Source of the DNA: the human T2T-CHM13v2.0 reference genome, Homo sapiens
Assembly: GCF_009914755.1 (NCBI RefSeq)
Contig: NC_060935.1
Direction: 5' to 3' (one strand)
Length of the DNA: 64,000 nucleotides
The position numbers and the translations under genes are program-made. Below are positions 54,186-64,000 of this stretch, piece by piece (position 1 is the stretch's first letter; each line of letters begins with the position of its first letter). A model generated the notes under the pieces. The model ran no database searches, was not told the DNA's origin, and saw only the letters and a program-made list of their open reading frames with translations.

Positions 54186-55619
54186 CTTGACAGAGTAAGG
54201 TATGCTTAACAAAACAGTTTGTGTAGAGAGACAATGGCAAGTGTCTATGGCTTTCTGTTCTGTTTCCATTCCTTGCCTGAGGGAATATTTACCCTTCACA
54301 TCTTAGGCTTCTAGTAATGAAGGGACACACAAGCCATGAGGAGGTCATCAATGAGACCCTTCTTTTGGAGAAAAAGGAAGATTTCAACTCAGCCTTGGTT
54401 TAACCTGTTTCTCTGGAGAGCTTGCCTCTTTCTTCTTTGTTTTTTTGTTATGTTTTGTTTTGTTTTTTTACAGAGAAGTGAATTCTCAGTTGAGAACACT
54501 TCATATTTCACAATATCCTAAATGAATATTAACCTCAAGGGACTGTTCTTCTTGTTTTTGTTTTTTAATTTTTCGTATAGCTTTTTGGGTTTTTTAAATT
54601 TGTTTATAGCTTGTGGGCTCAAAAATGTCAAAGATGACTACTGGTCGGTTAAAATCTGCAGAGCAATTAATTGAATTAGGACTCCACAGTCTGGGCAAGG
54701 GTATTTAAAATTTCTCTTTTTAACCCTCATTTGATAAGTTGCTCTCATGTTAATTAATACATTAGGGCCCATGTATTAAGATTGAGTCTTACAAAAATCA
54801 ATTGACTTTTCTTATTGTTCTGCTTTATAATATTCACTTTTTAAAATGTTGGGGAATAGAGTATACATTTGACGCCATAGGAAATAAAACTGCTTTACTG
54901 CTAATATATTCATGATAGCATCCCCTAAGGCTTCAATGAAACTGCATGAAGAATATTGAAAATCATCTCTAAATAAGGAAACAAAGATTCTGTTAAGCAG
55001 GAAATAAGACATTAGGGAAGTTACAAACACATGTTAATTGAAAAAAACATAAACTGCCAAAGACTAAAATACCAGAATAGCTACACTGGTTAAGGGCTAT
55101 TATATGTATTTGCTAAGCATTGATGTTAAAGGAGGAGGGGAAAGATATTTAGACTGATTCGATAAGTATCACAAGTGAAATATGATGGGGTTATTAAGTG
55201 GAGACTTTTCAGCAGGTGAGCAGAAGTGACCTAACCTGCTCATGAAGATTAGAGTATAGATTACTCCTTGAAAACTGCAGTGAGAGATGTCGCCAAGATT
55301 TTTGGCTGGTTTACGATTTGGCTCAATATTTTGTTTGCTTTTTTAATGAAAGGAGACTCTAATCTTGGAGGAAATAATCATTTCCCATGTGAATCAGTGA
55401 TTCCTTCGTTTTTTTATCCAAAATTACAAATTTAGAATTGAAAGCAACAATAATGATAATAATAATGACACGTATAATGCAAAACTTGTTTAGGTTTACA
55501 GAATGTTTACAGTTGTTTGCAAAGCAATTGCATTTGTGTTGTCTTTTGATGCACACGAAAACACCACAGAGCAGATGACATTACCATCATTTCAATCAAG
55601 AGGATCTCAGAGGTAGTGA

Positions 55620-55945
<326 letters not shown>

Positions 55946-55959
55946 GAAATATTTTTTTA

Positions 55960-56145
55960 ATAATAACTACTGCCACCATATTTTACTGCCTGCTATATTA
56001 CACAAATTGCCTAGGTACCTTATAGATATTTCTATTCCTTATAACAATCTTCTGTGGTAAGGATTATGAATGTGACTTATTGATAATAAAACTAAAAGTC
56101 AATGTGGTTAAGTGACTTTCACAAGGTCACACAATTAGTTTTAGA
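55960..56145 (-). mobile_element. MIR SINE
   Basis: tgtggttaagtgactttcacaaggtcacacaattagt. Confidence 0.7.
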
Positions 56146-56432
56146 ACAGCCTTGCCACAAGGTGATGTCCTATCTTTTAACCGTGACGTCTCCATTTTTA
56201 CCCTAAGAAACTGTCATCCAGGTCCTATTTATATACTTCCAGGATTAGAAAGCTTTCTGTGTACTTAGTATGATTTATTATCAGATATTCTGTAAAACAC
56301 GTTCTTCAATGGGAATTAAAATTACAGCTTGTTGTAAGATTGAATTAATATAGTCTCAATGACTCCCTCTTCCACAGAAAGCCTTTAATTCTGTAAGGAG
56401 GGTTCCAGTATTCCAATGTTAAATGCAGCAAC

Positions 56433-56824
<392 letters not shown>

Positions 56825-57021
56825 TCAATGTCACCCACAATCTGAAAACTCTAGCAAGATCAACATTGCAGGTTGCTCTCATACTTGGCCTACTTCTGTG
56901 AAATTTATCAAAAGCCCATCAGGCTCTCAAATTTGTAAGGGATTTTAATAGGTCATTTCATCAGAGATTTTATCTGATACTTAAGAACCATCTAGAAATG
57001 CCTTACAAATGAATATAAGTT

Positions 57022-57058
57022 TGGCAAAAACTGCTTTTACTTTTGCACCAACCTAATA
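57022..57058. mobile_element. Half MADE1 (Hsmar1 MITE terminal inverted repeat)
   Basis: tggcaaaaactgcttttacttttgcaccaacctaa + TA. Confidence 0.75.
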
Positions 57059-58154
57059 CCTAGAGTACAGAATGTAATGTACTCACAGGGATGGGAAACT
57101 CAATGTGGCCTATCCTCTGTTGAACTGAGAAAAGAGGAAATTAGCACATTTAATAATTACCCAAAACATATGGTTTTAATTTTCTTATTTTATAGGTAAG
57201 AGAGTCCAAACAAATTGATTCAAGTAGCACATCCCCAGTAGGTTTTGTGCAAGTCTTTGAACCTAGATCTAACTGGCTTTTTCTTTTATATTACACTATC
57301 TAACAAAAGGAAAACATAAGCAAATCATTTGCTGATTACTTCTGTAACACAGACTGAATCAGGTGAGGCTTTTGTTTTTTAAGTTCTTGTTGTGTGTATA
57401 CATGTTTTAATCTATATACTGGTGAGCTGGCATGAATCATTGGCTGAATAATGTCTGAATGTCTCCAGAGAACACAGAATGTGTGACTGATACAATCAAC
57501 ATATAATGGATGGGTTTAGAAATATGAAGAGTCTCTTCAAAGAGAATGAATAGTTCCCAAGCCAGAACAAGACTTGACTCATTGATATCAGCTGAGCTAA
57601 AGAAGAAAAATATGTTAAGAGAAAATAGGTTGTCAGCAACAGCAGCTGAGAAAAATGCAGAGAGAGGAAAACCAATGTTTGCAATGCGTATCTGGACAGT
57701 GTCTAAGGAAAGAAAAATTGAATCTGGGTGATGTGAGCATTGTCTCAGAGGAGCTTAGTGTCCCTCTGCAGTCCAATCCTCTCATATTACATATGCTCCT
57801 TTTGAGGAAGAGGCCTGCTACTAGAGGCAGTCACATTTAAGAACGTTGAATTGACTTGATTTTCTAGGAGATAGAGCCTTAACAGACTTAATTTAAGAAT
57901 AAGTCTTTATCAGGGTTCTTCTACTCTTCCTTGAAATAATTTATTTGCACAAAATTAGTGAGACAATCCTGGGTCAGGGGCTGCTAATTCTACATGGATG
58001 AGTGCCAAAATCCAGATACTTCTAGGATTTAGGGCAAACTATCTCCTTCACTATGAATGGAATGTTCAGAGTGGGCCATAATTTGAAACTGAAATAATAC
58101 AATCCAAGATTTGGCAAGGGCTTAATTAAAAGACTCAGCCTGCTATGATGCTAG

Positions 58155-58573
58155 TGTTATATCAAACTAAATTTGGCCTGAGGATGCTCCATACTCTAGT
58201 CCTGACATAACAAACTGAAACCTAACTTAGTGCATAAACTGAAAGCCTAAATTAGGAGCATACTTTTATAACAAACAGCTGAGGGTCAGCCAACCACAGC
58301 AGTTGAACTTCAGTCAATTGCAGGCGGCCAACTGTTCAAACTATGTTCCAATAAGGCAAACGCTGAAATATAATCAATCGAGCTATCTCTGTACCTCACT
58401 TTCATTTTCTGTACCTCATTTCCATTTCCTATCCATAAATATTGTCTGACCACGTTGCAGACCAGAGTTCTCTGAACCTGTTTAGGTTCTGAGGGCTGCC
58501 TGGTTTGTGAATTGTTCCCTGATCCATTAAATTTTATCAAACTTAACTTGCTTAAGGTTTTCTTCTGTTAATA
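58155..58573 (+). mobile_element. MER57-family ERV1 solo LTR
   Basis: ggcggccaactgttcaaac...aataaggcaaacgctga...ctgtacctcactt; 4-bp TSD CTAG (58151-54, 58574-77). Confidence 0.88.
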
Positions 58574-58601
58574 CTAGGACGCAGACTGCCTCTAACCTAT
58601 T

Positions 58602-59040
58602 TATATTAGTCAGGGTAGGCTAGATTATGGTGACAAATAGATCTAATTAAATGTGGTTAGCTCAACACAATAGAAGTTTGTTTATTGCTCATATTAATGA
58701 CAGGCCCTAGTTTGACAGGAATTAGTTGGTGGTAGTGTTTGTGTGAGTTTTGTTTTGCAGGGAGAAGCTCTTCTCCACACAGCCAGTCTTGAACCAAGAC
58801 TATGACAGCTCTGGCATCTTGAGTTTGTGGTCCCCGAGGTTACCCTTGAGATCATCTCTTTTCCCAAGTTGAAAGGAGCAAAACTCACAGAGGAACATGT
58901 GGAAGGGTTTTATGTTCATGCCTATAAGTTGTATGTATCACTTCTGATTAGCTATAATTCAGTCATATGACCAATATAACCATAAGGGACATTGGGAAAT
59001 GTAGCTTGGCTGTGTTTCTGGGAAAAACAGGAGAAAGGGT
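58602..59040 (-). mobile_element. Old MLT1 (K/L-like) LTR
   Basis: tattagtcagggtaggctagattatg...caacacaatagaagttt...agtcatatgacc...gggaaatgtagc. Confidence 0.6.
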
Positions 59041-59164
59041 TTGCCAACATCATTAATTACCAACTTAGGCAAAAGAAATTCTACTTGTAGATCAGCTAAT
59101 GTTACAGAAGGAATATATTAGGGGTCAAATAGGGTTTTGTAAGTTATCCCTACAGCATTCCACG

Positions 59165-59174
59165 TGTGTGTATG

Positions 59175-59207
<33 letters not shown>
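59165..59207. repeat. (TG)n microsatellite
   Basis: Direct reading. Confidence 0.92.
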
Positions 59208-59544
59208 ATTTCTTGTTATAGCACTTTTCATCTTTTTCTTCCTGTCCTTTCTTCTCTGGTAGAGTTTATTGGAAGAGACAGGTTTTGGAGTGAGAGGAAC
59301 TGGGATTGCAGTCCAGCCAGCTCTTCTACATTTCAGCTACATAGCCTCATCAAGTTTTAGTTTCCTCATCAGTCAAATTAGGGCAATAATGTGTAGGCAC
59401 TAGAAGGCCAGTCTGGCATGAGATATGATGTCAGAGAGATTCTGTGTTTTGGCCACATCTGCTCATATTAGAACAATCTGGTCACTAGAAAAATAGGAAA
59501 TAAAATACCTTTGAGCTTGACTTTAAAAAGTCACTTAAAATTTT

Positions 59545-60090
59545 TATTCTTTTTTTTTACATTAACTTTATTAAGATAAGCTTTATAAACAACAACATTC
59601 AATGATTTAAGTGTCCAATTTGATAAATGTTAACAAGTGTAGATAGTACTGTAATGGTAGTCATAATAGAGAATATTAATATGTATTTCCAATACCCCAA
59701 ACCTTCCCTTATGTTTCTCTGCAGTCAATATATTCCCATTCCACCCCTGGCCCTGATAACCATTGGCATCATTTCTGTCAATGCAGCTTTTCCTTTTCTG
59801 GAACTTCATATAAACGAAATCATAAAGTTTTATGTGTGGTCTCTTTCATTTAGCGTGATGTTTTGAGTTATAGCCATGCTTTGTGTATATCAATAGTTAG
59901 TTTCTTTTCAATGAATATTATTCTATTGTATAGATATACCAAATTTATTTATAAATTCTATGCCTCAGTTCATAGACATTTGTATTTTTTGGCTTGGCTA
60001 ATGTGAATACATCTGTCATGAAAATTTGAGCACAAGTCTTTGTGTGGACACATATTTTCATTTCTCCTGAGTAAATACCTAGGAACTGGA
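59545..60090 (-). mobile_element. Old L1M (MD/ME-type) 3' fragment
   Basis: aactttattaagataa...ctggaacttcatataaacgaaatcata...caagtctttgtgtggacacatattttcatttctcctgagtaaatacctagg. Confidence 0.8.
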
Positions 60091-62228
60091 CTTCAATGTC
60101 TGTCTTGCTTTGTTTTAATGCTTAATAATTTATATATGTTTGCTAACCTGGCTTATATCTCTACATTGGGGAGGAAAACATTTTGCATAAAAGACAATAA
60201 ATTTTGTTTACATGATTGGGATATGCCCCTATTTAATACCTTGACTGCTTTATATAGTAATCTCTCAAGCTTGGCCAGTGTGAATTTGACAGACAAATAG
60301 CAACATAAGAGCTATAGTTATGTTTCTTCCACATATTAAGTTTCTTAAGTTTCTTCCATGTATGAAGCACTGAACTTGGTAAGGTCTTAACAATAGCAAC
60401 AACAAGTATTTAAACATCAACAACTCTGTCACTGATAAAGTTTTATGTTATTTTTAAAATGTAGAAACTTAAGCATAAAGATGATTATACTTGCCCAAAT
60501 TAACTAATTAGAAAGGGGTACAGAATGAAGTCCAAACCCTGATCTACCTGATTTTCAATCCCATACATTTTCCATTGATCTATGTTTTTGAACCTTCAAA
60601 GCTGCAGAAAACTTTCTGGCAATGGAGATCTCGTTCATGGTTTTGTCTGTAGGAAGAACCATCTGAGTGTCTTGCAGCTCCTCTCCCTTTACTAGGCACC
60701 TTTTTGCCTATGGCAGATTATGCAGAGCAAATATTGCCCATTACTTTCTGCATTACATAAAGTCAATTTGGATTTTTGAATAATTATTTCCATCAGACTC
60801 TCAATACAAAGTTTATGAAGATAGGTATACTTAATAGTTTAAATAATGAATATTATAGCAATCCTAGATAATAGAGAAGTCTTCAAAAAATTAATCACCA
60901 CCTCAAAAAGGCAAGATAGTCTCTTACAGTTGACAAACCCCTTAGCAACACAAACAAAGCCCTATAAATCCTCCTAACATTTTCCCCCTTCCCTTTAAGT
61001 GTACCATGCTGGGCTGACTCTATATCATCTAACCTTAACATCATTCATGATCTAGACAATGACAAAAAGAGGATAATAGCAGTTCAATGTACTTTTAAAA
61101 TGCCTTATCTTTATAAATAATATTGAAATCTCTTTGCTATTTTATCTATGCCTTGCATGTAAGGCAAGAATGGTGTTTTGCTCATAGGAAGTTCTCAAAT
61201 TAGTACTTATTTGAGTACAAGGTCAATTTGTCACTTCCTCTTTCTATTAGTTTTGATTATACCATGCTAGAAGTATGAAATTATTTTCTATTAATAAGGA
61301 ATTGTTTCAGCAATGGCTGAAGCAGAGAGTACTTGCAGATGTAATCTCAAAAGGTATGTAATGTGATTGAATAAAATAAAATAACTTCAATTATTTTCAA
61401 TCTCATTATATCATTAAATTTATGCTATTTATTTAGCAGGGTGGGTGATCCAGGAAAAGACATAGGTTCATTTGAGTGATACTAGAAGCAATAGCTAGGG
61501 GATCTTAATTGCTCCACTGATGAACAAATTTTTTTTCCTTCTACTTCTCTGTTCTTCCCTTTCTAGTAAAGCTTACTGGAAGAGACACAGTTTTGGAGTA
61601 GGATGATCTGGGATTGAAGGCAGGCTCTTTTGCTTTACATCTAACTGACGTCTTCAAGTTTTAGGTTTCTACTGAGCAAAACAAAGATAATAATATCTTC
61701 TCATATGACTGTTGTGAGAATTAAGTGGCTGCTTACGCTACTCTCTAAGGTAGGAAATACAGAAAGAGAACGAGCTTAGATGGGGAATATAAACTTTATT
61801 CCTGTGATGAACTCAGGCGCCTGTCAGACATTTGTAAAATATTTAAAAGGTGATGAGTAGGTAGGGTAAATTTGGACAGCCAGATCAGAAGTGTAGAGTT
61901 TTGTGAGGTGTCAGATGGAATGACTGTTGTTTGCTCAAGGAGAGAATGTAGAGTCAGCAAGACTCTGGGAACACAGGGCAGAGACCCTGGGTGCATCAGC
62001 ATGTCAGGAGTGGGCAGCAGTGCCTCAAAAGCAATGTAGAAGTTTCCAGAGTGGAAATGCATAACCATGTTCTTCTGCATCTTTGTGGGCTGGAGTACAG
62101 CACTGTGCTATTTTTGTGAGGCTTTTGTGCAGTTGATTAAAAAAATAGTATCTTTGAAAAGAACATTAGAGAACACCAAGGGAAACTTATAATTGCCTAA
62201 ACATTTAAGTTTTCTAAGTTGTTGATGA

Positions 62229-62360
62229 CAGCTGGTCGAGCAGTCTTTTCTTCTACTCTCCAATTTAGAGGGAAATGCTGCCAACAATCTCTCACCAGCA
62301 GAGGGACCAACCTGGATGCTTTCCTTGTAGCAGAGGCTGCTCTGGGGGTGAAAGTGAAAC
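62229..62360 (+). promoter_or_regulatory. Candidate CTCF site + ISRE/IRF motif + E-box
   Basis: CCAGCAGAGGGACC 62295-308; GAAAGTGAAAC 62350-60; CAGCTG 62229-34; locally GC-richer non-repeat sequence. Confidence 0.4.
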
Positions 62361-63639
62361 GAGAGCACCCAGGCTGTCTGATGGTAAAGTCTGCATCCTC
62401 GGCTTGATCTGGCCTCACTTTTGGCTCCATTTAACAAACATCCTACTTACTGAGCATCTATCACATATTGTGTTGGGCAACTGGGACAAAATATGACTGA
62501 GAAGCAGTCTCTGCCAATAGGAATTTTACAATCTAATGCAAGATTGAGCCATACCAATTCATGGAGACAAACACAAAAAGGAATGCCTAACACCATGCCT
62601 GGCCCCAGTTTTAAAATATTTTCTTTAACTGGAAGAGAGTTTTCCATTATGTACCTTCTCTCAGGCAATATTAGATTTGTATCTGTATTATGGAAAAGGT
62701 ATTATTACCTCCATTTTTTAAAAGGGCAAATTAAGTCTAAGAGACTTCAATTTGCCTAGGATTACAAAGTCAACAAAAGGTAAAGATAAAATATTAGCTG
62801 GTTATGTTTGGACTGCAAAGCCCAGTTCATTACACAACACTATTTAGAAATGCAGAAAACCAACTGTGAAATTTTAAATGAGAATACACTGTTTACCTGC
62901 TAAATTCAAGAGAGGAAGAGAGGTCAGGGAGAAAGAAGGGACGATGGTGAGGAGGAAAGAAAAAAAAAGAGACAGGAAAAGGTGAGAAGAAAGACAATGC
63001 AAAGAAGTAGAAAGAGTGAGGAAAGAAAGTTAAAAGAACTAAGAGGTACAGGTGATAATGCTTTCCTGAGCTAAAGATAAACATCCCTTCCAGCCAATAA
63101 TATTTATAAAAATTTCTTCTCCAGCATTCAGAAGGTGAAAGAAGATCATTACTCAGTAGGACCTCTTCAAAGGGTGAGTAAAAGCTGTAGAGTTAATAAT
63201 GTTAAAAAATCTTTCCCCAAAATCAAGAAAAGCAGGAGAAATAAAAATAAAGCTCAAAGGGAAAATGGAACCAAAGATAAAAATCAGACCATGCTATTAC
63301 TAACTCAAAGACTTGAAATGAGCAGAATAATATTTATAGACCTGTGGGCTGTGAAATGAAGGGATCTGTTTCTCTGGCATGCATATGTCAAATATAAATG
63401 CATGTGTATATGGACTTCATAACTTGCCTATCTTACTTTTATTTGAGGATCTACAAAATGTGATAGAAAAATGTAAAACTTGAAGTTAGAAACCTTTGAG
63501 TATGGCTCTCACATTTTACACAATTACTTGGGAAAATAATGTATATCAACCTCAGGGTCTTCAATTGTAAAATGGAAACAACATTCCAGCCATATCTATA
63601 AAACTTGTTATGATCAATTATCTTGAATCAAATGAAATG

Positions 63640-63885
63640 AGGTAGTAGTGGCATCATGATTAAGATCATAGGCTGTTTGGTAAGTGCTGGGTTTGAATTA
63701 AGGACCTGCTGTTTAACACTAAGCAAACTCTTTTACTTTGGTAAGCATCATTTTCTTGTCTATAGAATGGGGATAATAACAGTACTAAAGTCATGATGAG
63801 GTTATGGGAATTGTTTGGGATCACGCATATCATTGCCTGGCACAGTACCTGGTAAGCAGTAAGTTGTCAAATAATGCTATTTGAT
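63640..63885 (+). mobile_element. MIR SINE
   Basis: ctgggtttgaatt...gtctatagaatggggataataacagtact...gcctggcacagtacctgg. Confidence 0.75.
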
Positions 63886-64000
63886 GATTGTAAGGATGGT
63901 GACAATGCATGACAATGACAAAGATAATCATGATGGTTATGCTTGGGAGGATATAATATCCTCTGGAAAGTCTTCCCTCACCTCATTCTTACCTCTGCAG

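Noticed and set aside
57815-57835. CTCF-like CTACTAGAGGCAG
   Set aside because: Mismatches at core positions; too weak
63985-64000. Minus-strand donor AG|GTAAGA at the window edge
   Set aside because: Any exon would lie outside the window, so it cannot be evaluated

Overview
AT-rich, CpG-poor catarrhine primate (human/ape-like) intronic or intergenic DNA. Much of the window is recognisable interspersed repeats: 8 Alus, L1PA/L1M fragments (two with twin-priming inversions), many MIR/L2 relics, MaLR LTRs (MLT1/MST/THE1), ERV1 solo LTRs (HERV-W LTR17, HERV-H LTR7, MER21, MER57) and DNA-transposon fossils (MER2, MER20, MER30, MADE1). No protein-coding gene, CpG island, tRNA/rRNA or CRISPR is supported; the ORF track is repeat-derived or chance. 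The most notable structures are: (1) a head-to-head HERV-W LTR17 / HERV-H LTR7 pair 71 bp apart, each with its own TSD; (2) a triple-TSD tandem of a polyadenylated MER41-R-like retrocopy plus an Alu at one L1-endonuclease site; (3) a ~103-bp orphan insert splitting an old L1; (4) a cluster of + strand non-coding exon candidates at 20.6-26.2 kb near a MER21 LTR; (5) a recent 92-bp tandem duplication; (6) a CTCF + ISRE motif cluster. Repeat families were assigned from remembered consensus sequences; no search was run, so subfamily calls and old-repeat boundaries are approximate.
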